Program-made: the position numbers and the translations under genes
Assembly (NCBI GenBank): GCA_964440275.1
Contig: CAYTRR010000011.1
Location: forward strand, 83,930 to 147,929
Direction of reading: 5' to 3'
DNA length: 64,000 nt
From: an uncultured Spirochaetales bacterium
GTDB taxonomy: Bacteria; Desulfobacterota_D; UBA1144
In this document: positions 39,232-48,821 of the stretch, one piece after another
How the letters are laid out: each line of letters opens with the position of its first letter
Numbering within the stretch: position 1 is the stretch's first letter
Notes under the pieces: generated by a model
Told to the model about the DNA's origin: nothing
Seen by the model: the letters and a program-made list of their open reading frames with translations, nothing else
Database searches by the model: none

Positions 39232-40173
39232 CTAAAAACTAATAATTTCTATTCCACCATCTTCAATTCTTTTAATATTTTCTGAATTGTTATAATTATA
39301 TGTAATTATCCTTCTTGCCCTAGAGCCGATCAAGTCCAAAAACGCTTTATTTGTTTGAGAGCTCATTTCTATCAAGCTATCCAAACTGTAACTATCAATT
39401 ACTAAATGTTTTGGCATAATTTCATTTGCATTTTCTATGAATTGAGTTAAAGATTTGCTATTGGTAAACTTTCTTGAGCAAGTAATAAAGAAATAATTTA
39501 CACATTTCGAGAACAAATCTTCTTTTAGATAAACACAAGCCGAAAATTCTTTTTCTTTAATTTCTTGAAATGTTTTTTTATATTTCTCTATTGTTAATTT
39601 AAAATCGGTATTATTTTTTTTACTCAGACCCTCATTGCTAATAAATTGAATATCATCTTTGATTTCTTGCTTATCTAATAAATCGTACATATCTGCATCT
39701 AAATCTTTTCTGGAAAGTAGCCCTATTTTATATATGTTCTTGATTGACTTAACTTGTTTTTTATATTTTGAATAATCTTGAAAGCTATCAATCGTAATAA
39801 TTTCTATAGATTCGTTTAATGATTCTGTGATTTCAGGAATATTTGATAATACTTCTATATTGTCAACTATAATTACCCCATATGATTTATTTAACTTAAC
39901 ATCCTTACTATTACTAGCATCCATAAAAGTCATTTGACATCCCATTGAAAAGAAGCATGATTCGAGAACAAAAGAATCTAAACAATTCATTGACAGACTT
40001 AAAACATTCTTGCCGCTTAAATTTTTTGATACAATATAAGAAATTATTAAATCTATATTTAAATTTATATCCTTACACGTAATCTGTTTCCAATTTAACC
40101 CATCAAGAGACTGGTATATTAGTTTAGCCCCATCATTAGAGACAGATTCTTTGATTTCTTTAATATTGACCAT
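39232..40173 (-). CDS. Hypothetical protein
   Basis: 313 aa ORF with no confident motif. Faint resemblance to the N-terminal subdomain of adenylate-forming enzymes (degenerate P-loop-like FITCSRKFTNSKS). Confidence 0.4.
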   Translation of the reverse strand: MVNIKEIKESVSNDGAKLIYQSLDGLNWKQITCKDINLNIDLIISYIVSKNLSGKNVLSLSMNCLDSFVLESCFFSMGCQMTFMDASNSKDVKLNKSYGVIIVDNIEVLSNIPEITESLNESIEIITIDSFQDYSKYKKQVKSIKNIYKIGLLSRKDLDADMYDLLDKQEIKDDIQFISNEGLSKKNNTDFKLTIEKYKKTFQEIKEKEFSACVYLKEDLFSKCVNYFFITCSRKFTNSKSLTQFIENANEIMPKHLVIDSYSLDSLIEMSSQTNKAFLDLIGSRARRIITYNYNNSENIKRIEDGGIEIISF

Positions 40174-40225
40174 GAGATTTATTTAACTTAGATTTTGACT
40201 ATAATATAGACTATAAACAATATAG

Positions 40226-41581
40226 ATGATGATTCAATTAACTGATTCAATTATAAATAATCCTAAATTTAAAGCTGCCAGAGAAATAATTAGGAAATTA
40301 AAAGAAAACACACATGAAGCTTTTATAGTTGGCGGAGCAGTTAGAGATATGCTTTTAAACGAAGAACCAAACGAGTTTGATATATCTACGTCTGCTACAC
40401 CAAAAGAAATAGAAACAATTTTCAGCAGGACCAAATCAGTAGGACAAAGCTTCGGCGTTATGCTTGTATTGATAGATGATATTTCAATAGAAGTAGCAAC
40501 GTTCAGAAAAGATATGCAGTATAACGATGGTAGGCATCCTGAAGAAGTGGTTTATACAAAACATGTAGAAGAAGACATAGAACGTCGTGATTTTACTGTT
40601 AATGGTCTTGTCTTAGATCCAGAGACTTCACAGATATTTGATTATTGCGAAGGAATTAAGGATATTGAATCCAAAATAATTCGAACTATTGGTTTACCAG
40701 AAAAAAGATTTTCAGAAGATTACCTAAGAATGCTTCGGGCAATTAGATTTTCAAATAGATTTAACTTTGACATCGAAGAAAAGACAAAAGCAGCACTCTC
40801 TAAGAACGCAGAAAAAATATCTCTTATCAGTATAGAACGAATTAGAGATGAGATAACGAGAATAATAGCGGAGAGCAATAATCCTGGAAAAGGAATGATG
40901 TCTCTAAGCGACTTCGGATTATTAAAACACATAATTCCTGAAATTGAAGATCTAAAAAATGTCGAGCAACCAGAAGAATTTCATCCAGAAGGCGATGTGT
41001 TTGTTCATACATGCTTAGTTCTAGACATGTTAGATTATAATGAAAAAGACAATACTGAACTCGCATATGGAGCATTACTTCATGATATTGGCAAACCAAA
41101 AACTAAGACTGTTACAGATCGAATAAGATTCAATAGACATGAATATGTAGGAGCAAATATGACAGAGAAAATTTGCAAAAGATTAAAGTTTTCTAACAAG
41201 CAAACATCCAATATAAAATCTCTCGTTAGCGAGCACATGAAGTTTGGCAATATCAAGCAAATGAAAAAAAGTACATTTAAAAAATTTATTTCTCTTCATA
41301 ATTTTGATAATCATTTAGCTTTACATAAAGCTGACTGTCTAGGAAGCCATGGAGATCTTTCATTGTACGATTACACCCTAGCTAGAATAGATGAATTAAA
41401 AAATGAACCAATCAAACCAGAACCCCTTATTACAGGGGACGATTTGATCTCATTAGGTTTAGAGCCTAGTCCAAAATTCAAGGAAATTCTCTCTAAGATT
41501 TTTGACGAACAACTTGAAGGAAACATTACTTCAAAAGAAGAAGGTATCGAATTAGCAAAGAATTTAGGATTAAAAGAATGA
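40226..41581 (+). CDS. cca: CCA tRNA nucleotidyltransferase (class II, with HD domain)
   Basis: Pol-beta-like head FIVGGAVRDMLL..EFDISTSATP. Central HD motif LLHDIGK. 451 aa. Confidence 0.88.
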   Translation: MMIQLTDSIINNPKFKAAREIIRKLKENTHEAFIVGGAVRDMLLNEEPNEFDISTSATPKEIETIFSRTKSVGQSFGVMLVLIDDISIEVATFRKDMQYNDGRHPEEVVYTKHVEEDIERRDFTVNGLVLDPETSQIFDYCEGIKDIESKIIRTIGLPEKRFSEDYLRMLRAIRFSNRFNFDIEEKTKAALSKNAEKISLISIERIRDEITRIIAESNNPGKGMMSLSDFGLLKHIIPEIEDLKNVEQPEEFHPEGDVFVHTCLVLDMLDYNEKDNTELAYGALLHDIGKPKTKTVTDRIRFNRHEYVGANMTEKICKRLKFSNKQTSNIKSLVSEHMKFGNIKQMKKSTFKKFISLHNFDNHLALHKADCLGSHGDLSLYDYTLARIDELKNEPIKPEPLITGDDLISLGLEPSPKFKEILSKIFDEQLEGNITSKEEGIELAKNLGLKE

Positions 41582-42576
41582 AAAACTTTGCAATTCAATT
41601 AGAAAAATTTGGTTCTATCGAGAACTTAAGTTTACAAGAAGTTCCGGTGCCAATTCCAGAAGACGACGAAGTCCTGGTTAAAGTATATTGCACAGGAATA
41701 AGTTTTGCAGATATTTTAATTGTTGAAGGAAAATATCAAGATACTCCCAAACTTCCATTTATTCCTGGACTAGAGGTATCTGGAATAATTCAAGAAGTAG
41801 GCAACAATGTTAAAAACTTTAAAGTCGGTGATGAAGTTGTAGGACTTTCAAGCTGGGGAGGCTTTTCGGAATTTGTTAAGCTAAACTCTAGGTTTATTGT
41901 AAAGAAACCTAGAAATATGTCATTCGAAATTGCTGCATCTATGACTATTAATTATGGAACTTCTTATTATGCTCTAGTCGAGCGGGCTAAAATCAGACCA
42001 GGCCAGAGAGTTTTAATCTTAGGGGCATCAGGAGGTATAGGCTTATCTGCAATTGAAATCGCTAAAGCTTTTGATTGCAAAGTTACCGCTGTAGCATCTT
42101 CAAGTGATAAATTATTAATGTGCAAGCAATATGGAGCTGACACCCTGATATTGAACGATACAAACAATCTTAAAGAATCAATCAAAAAAAATAACGTAGA
42201 AAAGTTTGATTTGATTTATGATACGATTGGTGGTCAAACAACTGTTGACTCTCTTAGTTGTATAAAATGGGAAGGAAAAATTTTAATAATAGGTTTTGCG
42301 TCGGGAGATATAGCCGACATTTCTGTTAATAAAATTCTATTAAAAGGGTGCGATTTGGTAGGAATTTTCTGGGGCCCTTTTGCTTATGGTAATAAAAATT
42401 TTAATCTTACATGTATTGAAAAGATTGGAAACCTATACGAAAAAGGATTAATAAAAATTGCTGCTCCTGAACTTTACTCTATTAACGATTTCATGAAGGC
42501 ACTAGCTAAAATCAAAAACAGAGAATCTATAGGCAAGTTGTGCCTATACACTGAATCATATAAAGCAGAAAGGTGA
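41578..42576 (+). CDS. NADPH:quinone oxidoreductase / zinc-type MDR family dehydrogenase
   Basis: GroES-like N-domain and Rossmann LGASGGIGLSAIEIAK. Confidence 0.8.
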   Translation: MKNFAIQLEKFGSIENLSLQEVPVPIPEDDEVLVKVYCTGISFADILIVEGKYQDTPKLPFIPGLEVSGIIQEVGNNVKNFKVGDEVVGLSSWGGFSEFVKLNSRFIVKKPRNMSFEIAASMTINYGTSYYALVERAKIRPGQRVLILGASGGIGLSAIEIAKAFDCKVTAVASSSDKLLMCKQYGADTLILNDTNNLKESIKKNNVEKFDLIYDTIGGQTTVDSLSCIKWEGKILIIGFASGDIADISVNKILLKGCDLVGIFWGPFAYGNKNFNLTCIEKIGNLYEKGLIKIAAPELYSINDFMKALAKIKNRESIGKLCLYTESYKAER

Positions 42577-42595
42577 AATTGATTCACCTTTCTGC
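42565..42595. terminator. Bidirectional intrinsic terminator hairpin between convergent qor and atpE
   Basis: Perfect 13-bp inverted repeat GCAGAAAGGTGAA / TTCACCTTTCTGC with a 5-nt loop. It overlaps the qor TGA stop and is flanked by T-rich runs on both strands. Confidence 0.6.
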
Positions 42596-42602
42596 TTCAA
42601 TC

Positions 42603-42944
42603 TTAAATTTTATTTTGTAATAAGAATGTTATAGCTAGAGCATAGATAACCAAAGATTCAATTAGAGCTAATCCAATAATCATTGGTGTTTGTATCTGAC
42701 CGGCAGCTCCAGGGTTTCTACCAACAGCATCTAATGCTGAAGCAACCATCCGACCCATTCCAATTCCACCGCCTGCAGCAGCAATACCTATACCAAGTCC
42801 ACTTCCTAATGCAAGACCTGAAATTGCTTCTCCAGATTGGTCTGCGGCATAAACTTCTGGTGCTAACAGTAAAGTTGCAGCTACAACAAAAAATGTGTAA
42901 AACGAAAATTTATTCATTCTGTTCCTCCTTGTTTTAATGATCAT
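42603..42944 (-). CDS. atpE: F0F1 ATP synthase subunit c, with signal-peptide-like N-terminal extension
   Basis: GLGIGIAAAGGGIGMG, RNPGAAG loop, and IGLALIESLVIY with the ion-binding Glu. The start is likely MNKFSF (42917). Extension has hydrophobic FVVAATLLLAPEVYA followed by ADQ. Confidence 0.85.
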   Translation of the reverse strand: MIIKTRRNRMNKFSFYTFFVVAATLLLAPEVYAADQSGEAISGLALGSGLGIGIAAAGGGIGMGRMVASALDAVGRNPGAAGQIQTPMIIGLALIESLVIYALAITFLLQNKI

Positions 42945-43644
42945 GACTTATTGATAACGAAATATAAATGCTTGATAAGATTGTAAAAATGAATGCTTGT
43001 AAAAACGAAACAAAAACTCCCAAACCTATAAAAATTACTGGAACAATATAAGGAGTTAAATTTGAAAAAATCTGCAAAACTAAATGATCTCCAAACATAT
43101 TCCAAAACAGTCTCAAAGAAAGCGATGCGGGTCTTACGAGGTGACTTACAAGCTCTATAACAATCATCAACGGAGCCAGATAAATAACTGGACCCATGAA
43201 GTGTTTTAAATATCCCCAGCCATGCTCTTTAAAGCCAAGATAATTATACGCAATAAAAATCACTGATGACATAGCGAGTGTAGTGTTAAGGTTTTGCGAA
43301 GCGGGATAAAACCCAGGGAAAACTCCTAATAAATTGGCAAAGAAAATAAAAAAGAAGGCACCACCAAGCAACGGCAAAAATCTCCTTGCCTTTTCTTCGC
43401 TGCCAAATATATCTGATATTAATTTTAGCAAGAAATCTAAGGTAATAAATTCAAAAAAGGTTGTTATGGAAAACTTAGGTGAAGGCGCTAATGAGTTTTT
43501 GTCTACTGCTGCTTCTAAACATTTTTTTCTTACTTTCAAAGAAAATAAGATTAAAAGAGAAACGACAAGTACTGCGCCAAATATATGATCATACTGATTT
43601 ATACCTAACAGCTCTGTCCATTGGGCATGTTCTAGTGCACTCAT
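42934..43644 (-). CDS. atpB: F0F1 ATP synthase subunit a
   Basis: 236 aa. SLSLRLFWNMFGDH contains the conserved Arg of subunit a. Confidence 0.88.
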   Translation of the reverse strand: MSALEHAQWTELLGINQYDHIFGAVLVVSLLILFSLKVRKKCLEAAVDKNSLAPSPKFSITTFFEFITLDFLLKLISDIFGSEEKARRFLPLLGGAFFFIFFANLLGVFPGFYPASQNLNTTLAMSSVIFIAYNYLGFKEHGWGYLKHFMGPVIYLAPLMIVIELVSHLVRPASLSLRLFWNMFGDHLVLQIFSNLTPYIVPVIFIGLGVFVSFLQAFIFTILSSIYISLSISHDH

Positions 43645-43647
43645 AAG

Positions 43648-43980
43648 TTATTTTCCTTGAATTAAAAGAATAAACACAATTAAAATTACACTAAATCCTG
43701 TCAAAAATCCAATCAAATCTAGGGTTAGAAATTTAATTAGATATATAACAACCCCAACTAATAACAAGATCTTGCTTATGGTGAACAGGAATGCAAAAAC
43801 TTTACTAGCCTTCTTTTTTGTAAAGATATTAGTTAAAAATTGGATTGAAAGAATATTTATAAATGAGACCAGTAATCCATATAAAGCTGCCTTAAAAAAA
43901 GGATTTTTATACAAATATATACAAGGAATTGCTATTAGCAACGATATTAGACTAAGCAATTTATTTGATTTAGAAAACAT
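43648..43980 (-). CDS. atpI: ATP synthase protein I-like membrane protein
   Basis: 110 aa hydrophobic protein directly upstream of atpB. Confidence 0.5.
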   Translation of the reverse strand: MFSKSNKLLSLISLLIAIPCIYLYKNPFFKAALYGLLVSFINILSIQFLTNIFTKKKASKVFAFLFTISKILLLVGVVIYLIKFLTLDLIGFLTGFSVILIVFILLIQGK

Positions 43981-44180
43981 TATCTTTTTTTAGTGTTTAT
44001 TATTTTTAACATTAGCGTAAAGCCAGCTATTGAACCCACTATAACTCCTATAATAGTGAACAGAGGTTGCTTGTCAAAATATTCATCCGCTTCACTACCT
44101 ATAAATATTCCAGCCAATATGCAAGATGCAAGCTCAATTCCAACAACAATGAATTTTACCCATGTAGCTCTTTGGCTCAA
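43980..44180 (-). CDS. AtpZ/AtpI-family small membrane protein
   Basis: 66 aa, two TM helices, positively charged C-terminus. Heads the atp gene string. Confidence 0.45.
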   Translation of the reverse strand: MSQRATWVKFIVVGIELASCILAGIFIGSEADEYFDKQPLFTIIGVIVGSIAGFTLMLKIINTKKR

Positions 44181-45478
44181 TTATTTTTTCCTATTTTTGA
44201 TGCAGATTCTATACATTTTTCTATAGTATAGTCTAAATCCTTATAAGTATGAGCGGCAGATACGAACATTGTTTCAAATTGAGAAGGAGGAAGCATTACC
44301 CCACTAGACAAGAGACTATTAAAAAATTTTCCATACAAATCTTTATCACAAGCTATTACATCAGAATAATTATCAATAGAATTATTACTAGTGAAGAAAA
44401 ATGTTAGCATTGAGCTAATTTGATTAATCTTAATGCCGTTGAAATTTTGTTTGTCAAAGCTACTTTTAATATAAGAAGCACGCTCTTCTAATTCTTTATA
44501 TATGTTTGAACTTGATTTGATTAACAATTCAAGTGTCTTAATCCCAGCAATAACCCCAATTGGATTACCAGAAAGAGTTCCAGCTTGATATACTGGTCCC
44601 AGTGGTGAAAGCATAGACATTATTTCCTTGCTTCCTCCAAAAGCACCAACAGGAAAACCACCCCCAATTATTTTTCCAATGCATGTCATATCTGGTTTAA
44701 CGCCAAAATATCCTTGGGCACCGCCAAGACCCATTCTGTAACCAGAAATAACTTCATCAAAAATTACTAATGCATTATTTTTATGTGCAAGATTCTTAAC
44801 GTCTTCCAAAAACTTTTCCTTTGGTAGTACCAGACCCATATTAGCAGGGACGGGCTCTAAAATTATTGCAGCAATTGAACCCACATTATTTTCAAATGTA
44901 GTTTTCACACTTTCAAAATCATTAAACTTGGCAAGAAGAGTACTTTTGCTGAACTCGGTAGGAACACCGGGAGAGGAAGGAGAGCCAAAAGTTGAAGCAC
45001 CTGAACCTGCCTCCATTAACAAATAGTCTGCATGACCATGGTAACAACCTTCGAATTTAATTATTTTATCTTTTTTTGTAAATGCTCTAGCGAGTCTTAT
45101 ACAACTCATCGTTGCTTCAGTTCCTGAATTGGTCAGACGTAACATTTCCATTGAAGGGATCGTTTCTGATATTAATTGTGCTAATTTGATTTCATTTTTA
45201 TGGCAGGCACCAAACGTTGTACTGTAATCCATTGCTTCTTTTGCAACATCTATGATTTCTTTGCAGGCATGACCAAAAATAAGTGGACCAAATGAAGCAA
45301 TATAATCAATATATCTATTATCATCCTCATCATATAGGTAGGGACCCAAAGCTTTTTTGATGAACACAGGCTGCCCTCCAACTGCTCCGAAAGACCTTAC
45401 TGGACTATTTACACCACCAGGTATGACTTTAGACGCTTCTTTGTAAAGTTTCTTCGATTTATTAGTCTGATAACTCAC
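44177..45478 (-). CDS. hemL: Glutamate-1-semialdehyde 2,1-aminomutase
   Basis: Class III aminotransferase. FDEVISGYR and PLP-lysine region GKIIGGGFPVGAFGG. 433 aa. Confidence 0.9.
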   Translation of the reverse strand: MSYQTNKSKKLYKEASKVIPGGVNSPVRSFGAVGGQPVFIKKALGPYLYDEDDNRYIDYIASFGPLIFGHACKEIIDVAKEAMDYSTTFGACHKNEIKLAQLISETIPSMEMLRLTNSGTEATMSCIRLARAFTKKDKIIKFEGCYHGHADYLLMEAGSGASTFGSPSSPGVPTEFSKSTLLAKFNDFESVKTTFENNVGSIAAIILEPVPANMGLVLPKEKFLEDVKNLAHKNNALVIFDEVISGYRMGLGGAQGYFGVKPDMTCIGKIIGGGFPVGAFGGSKEIMSMLSPLGPVYQAGTLSGNPIGVIAGIKTLELLIKSSSNIYKELEERASYIKSSFDKQNFNGIKINQISSMLTFFFTSNNSIDNYSDVIACDKDLYGKFFNSLLSSGVMLPPSQFETMFVSAAHTYKDLDYTIEKCIESASKIGKNN

Positions 45479-45573
45479 ATGTTAAACAAAAAACATAATT
45501 AATAGATTGTCAAGTTTTGATAATACGGAATGACCTTTTTATTACCATTGATTAGATATAGACTTAATAGCTA

Positions 45574-46446
45574 ATGAAAGAAATAAATGTCATATGCCCA
45601 GCAAAGATAAACTTAAATCTAGCTATAGAACATAGAAGGCCAGATAATTATCATGAGATTAGTTCCTTGATGCAACCTATTGACTTGAATGATACTGTAT
45701 CCATTTCACTTACAGAGAGTTCGAACTTAATTGAATTAGACTTTCCTGACAATACTGTCTCGTTCAATGATAATTTGATTACCAAAGTTGCAAAATCTTT
45801 CTATAATACCTTCTCCATCAAGCAATCCATTAAAATATCAGTGAAGAAAAAAATACCCTTTGGTTCGGGCATGGGAGGGGCTAGTAGTAATGCAGCAGCT
45901 ACTCTTTTGGGTTTATCAAAAATTTTTAACATTGATTCATTTCCTGAAATTCTTAATATAGGAGCCGAACTAGGAGCAGATATACCATTTTTTCTTTTTT
46001 CAAGAACAGCAAGAGTCACTGGCAAAGGTGACAAAGTAGAAATTATTGAAAACCCTCCAAAATTAAAGTACTTATTAATTTTTCCAGGATTCTCATGTGA
46101 CACTAAAGAGCTTTATGCTTTATGGGATTCAAAAAATTATATTCAAAACAATAATACAAACTTAGATAAAATAAATAAAATTTATTTTAAAAATGATAAT
46201 TTATATTTGAGAAATGATTTCATGCCCATATTGATAGAGAGACACTCTGAATACAAAAAAATCTTTACTATGCTTGATGAGTTAAAACTTAAAAATTATT
46301 CAATATCTGGAAGTGGCTCAACTGTTTTCTCAGTGTTAGATAATGACTCTGACACTAAAGAAGCTGAGAATTATCTAGAATCATCAACGAACACTAAAGT
46401 CCTAATCGTTGAATCAATTGAAGGGTGGCGTTTTTACTTAGATTGA
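45574..46446 (+). CDS. ispE: 4-diphosphocytidyl-2-C-methyl-D-erythritol kinase
   Basis: CPAKINLNLAI N-terminal motif. GHMP kinase PFGSGMGGASSNAAA. Confidence 0.88.
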   Translation: MKEINVICPAKINLNLAIEHRRPDNYHEISSLMQPIDLNDTVSISLTESSNLIELDFPDNTVSFNDNLITKVAKSFYNTFSIKQSIKISVKKKIPFGSGMGGASSNAAATLLGLSKIFNIDSFPEILNIGAELGADIPFFLFSRTARVTGKGDKVEIIENPPKLKYLLIFPGFSCDTKELYALWDSKNYIQNNNTNLDKINKIYFKNDNLYLRNDFMPILIERHSEYKKIFTMLDELKLKNYSISGSGSTVFSVLDNDSDTKEAENYLESSTNTKVLIVESIEGWRFYLD

Positions 46447-46479
46447 ATTTATTTATATTTTCAGTATCATCATACAGAT

Positions 46480-46550
46480 TGGCCCGTCGTCTAATGGCAG
46501 GACTCTTGGTTTTGGTCCAAGCAATGGAGGTTCGACCCCTTCCGGGCCAG
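46480..46550 (+). tRNA. tRNA-Gln (anticodon UUG)
   Basis: Cloverleaf: acceptor TGGCCCG/CGGGCCA, D-arm GTCT-AATGGCA-GGAC, anticodon arm CTTGG-TTTTGGT-CCAAG (UUG at positions 34-36), T-arm GGAGG-TTCGACC-CCTTC, discriminator G. No encoded CCA. Confidence 0.8.
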
Positions 46551-46583
46551 TTCTACTTCACTTATTAGTATAAAAATTGTATA

Positions 46584-47741
46584 ATGAGGGTGCTTATGAG
46601 TGCTAATGAATACGAGAATTACCAATCTAATTCAAATACCAGCTCCACAACTGATTCAAATTCAGGTGATTTGGACGATAAAACTTTATTAGAAGAGTAT
46701 CAAAAAGCTACACTAAGAAATGTAAATTCTCAGAACAAAAAAAAGGACTGGGTTCCTGATGAACAATATAGATTGTTATATGTATATTTTAAAGATATGT
46801 CTTTAGAGCCTCTGTTGAAGTCGAAGCAAGAAGTTGAGGTTTCATCAAAAATTAAAAAATGCGAAGCTAGTGCCACAAGTTTTCAAGAATTAATTGACAA
46901 AGTACAATCTTCCCAAATTACTCAAACAGAGAACAAAAAACTCCTAGCTCTTAAAGGAGGCAAGAAGAGGAGAATTGCTGAATTTCAAGGCTACGTAACA
47001 GCATTTACCGATTTAGCTAATAGACTAAAAGAAAGATTTGTGAAAGCTAACCTTAGACTAGTGGTTAGCATAGCGAAAAGGTATATTGGCAGAGGTTTGG
47101 CTTTACAAGATTTGATTCAAGAAGGGAATGTAGGATTGATGAGAGCAGTTGAAAGATTTGACCACACAAAGGGCTTTAAATTTTCTACATATGCTTCATG
47201 GTGGATTCATCAGGCGATTTCCCGTGCACTCTTGGACCAAACTAGAACTATTAGAGTTCCAGTTTACGTCTTAGAACAAGCCAGTAAAGTATTCAAAGCA
47301 AGCACAGCATTACAAAAAGAACTTGGAAGAAAACCAACACCTTCGGAGATTGCCGAAAGGGTAGGCATATCTCTCGATGGAGTTAAGAGGATTCTGGAAT
47401 CAACCAATGAAGTTGTTCAACTAGATACACCAGTATTTGATGGTGAAAAGGCAACTCTTTTAGACTTTATTCCAGATGAGGGCTCACCTGTTCCAGACAA
47501 AATAGTAGCTGAAAGTTCTTTGACCGAAAGAATAAAGGCAGCCCTAAAAGCGCTTACTCCACGTGAAGAAGAGATAATTAAGATGAGATTTGGAATTGAT
47601 ATGGAGAGCACTTATACATTAGACGAGATTGGTAAAAAATTCGATCTTACAAGAGAAAGGATTAGGCAAATAGAAAAGAAAGCCTTAGAAAAATTAGCTA
47701 AATCTGACATTGGAGAAGTCCTTAAAAGTTTTCTAGAATAA
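46584..47741 (+). CDS. RNA polymerase sigma-70 family factor (group 1/2, compact)
   Basis: Region 2 [27 protein letters not shown] and [13 protein letters not shown]. Region 4.2 [28 protein letters not shown]. Start possibly MSANE at 46596. Only 385 aa with no long region 1.1. Confidence 0.85.
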   Translation: MRVLMSANEYENYQSNSNTSSTTDSNSGDLDDKTLLEEYQKATLRNVNSQNKKKDWVPDEQYRLLYVYFKDMSLEPLLKSKQEVEVSSKIKKCEASATSFQELIDKVQSSQITQTENKKLLALKGGKKRRIAEFQGYVTAFTDLANRLKERFVKANLRLVVSIAKRYIGRGLALQDLIQEGNVGLMRAVERFDHTKGFKFSTYASWWIHQAISRALLDQTRTIRVPVYVLEQASKVFKASTALQKELGRKPTPSEIAERVGISLDGVKRILESTNEVVQLDTPVFDGEKATLLDFIPDEGSPVPDKIVAESSLTERIKAALKALTPREEEIIKMRFGIDMESTYTLDEIGKKFDLTRERIRQIEKKALEKLAKSDIGEVLKSFLE

Positions 47742-47768
47742 ATTAGGGTATTTTGATAACATATTACA

Positions 47769-48821
47769 ATGAGTAAAGTTAAATTTGGTCTTGTGCCACC
47801 GATGCCCGGAGCAGATGCTAATGGGCTCTTAAATTTTTCTGTTAAAGCGGATGATTTGGGTTTTGACAGCCTATGGTTTCCAGACCATTTAGCTTTTATT
47901 GCTCCACATCCAGCTTTTGAAGCATGGACGATAGCCGCTGCAGTCGCAGCTCAGACTAAGAATATTACTTTAGGAGCCACCTCAGATCCTCATAGAAATC
48001 ACCCTGCTGTTTTTGCGCAGAGACTAGCGACAATCGATCATATATCAAAAGGAAGAGCCGCACTCGCATTAGGCGTTGGTGAGTCAATGAATCTTGATGC
48101 TTATGGAATACCTTGGGATAAGCCATTTCAAAGAATGGTTGAATCCGTAGATATCATGAAACTTCTTTGGTCAACTACGGACCCGGTGGATTTTAAAGGA
48201 GAAATATTCAATATGGACAAGGCTTCTTTATTGCTCAACCTTTACGAAGATAGACCAAGCGTCCCTTTTTATTTCGCCACTCATACAGATAAAGGATTAG
48301 ATTTAACAGGCAAGATTGGTGACGGATGGATGCCAATAGATTTAACTCCTGATTTATACAAAGAATCATTAGATAAGATTGAATTATCTGCTAGTAAATC
48401 CGGACGAACAATTGACGATATAGATTCGACTTTGTGGGTATTTACTTCTTTAGGAGAGAATGAAGACGAAGCCTACAAGACATTGGAGCCATTTAGGTAT
48501 GTATGTATTATGCAAGATCAACTAAAACGCGCCGGTTATGACATAGATATACCTGATGAGTACAAGGGTTTAAATTATTTCAATATAACTCCCACTGACG
48601 AGGATAGAAAACAAAAGTTTAGAGACCTGGGTCAATATTTTCCAAGAGAAGCTGTAATTGATTTCACTATTACTGGCTCTAAAGATGATTGTATAAAGAA
48701 AATAGAGAAGTACATAGACAAAGGAGTTAAGCATTTTGTTCTATTTCACTATTTCAGCCCGAACCCAGACATTGCGATGGAGACATACGCTAAGGATATA
48801 ATTCCTTATTTTAATTCCTAA
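47769..48821 (+). CDS. LLM-class (luciferase-like monooxygenase fold) F420-dependent oxidoreductase
   Basis: N-terminal KFGLVPPMP.....ADDLGFDSLWFPDHL is typical of F420-dependent LLM enzymes (Mer/Fgd-like). 350 aa TIM barrel. Confidence 0.7.
   Translation: MSKVKFGLVPPMPGADANGLLNFSVKADDLGFDSLWFPDHLAFIAPHPAFEAWTIAAAVAAQTKNITLGATSDPHRNHPAVFAQRLATIDHISKGRAALALGVGESMNLDAYGIPWDKPFQRMVESVDIMKLLWSTTDPVDFKGEIFNMDKASLLLNLYEDRPSVPFYFATHTDKGLDLTGKIGDGWMPIDLTPDLYKESLDKIELSASKSGRTIDDIDSTLWVFTSLGENEDEAYKTLEPFRYVCIMQDQLKRAGYDIDIPDEYKGLNYFNITPTDEDRKQKFRDLGQYFPREAVIDFTITGSKDDCIKKIEKYIDKGVKHFVLFHYFSPNPDIAMETYAKDIIPYFNS

Noticed and set aside
42603-44180. N-ATPase (Na+-translocating atpDCQRBEFAG) interpretation of the short atp cluster
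   Set aside because: No atpD/atpC precede the small membrane genes (hemL is upstream), no atpF/A/G follow, and the c-subunit ion site lacks the full Na+-binding signature.
46480-46550. tRNA-Gln as an integration hotspot for a genomic island
   Set aside because: No integrase, direct repeat of the tRNA 3' end, or compositional shift is visible nearby. Flanking genes (ispE, sigma factor) are core.
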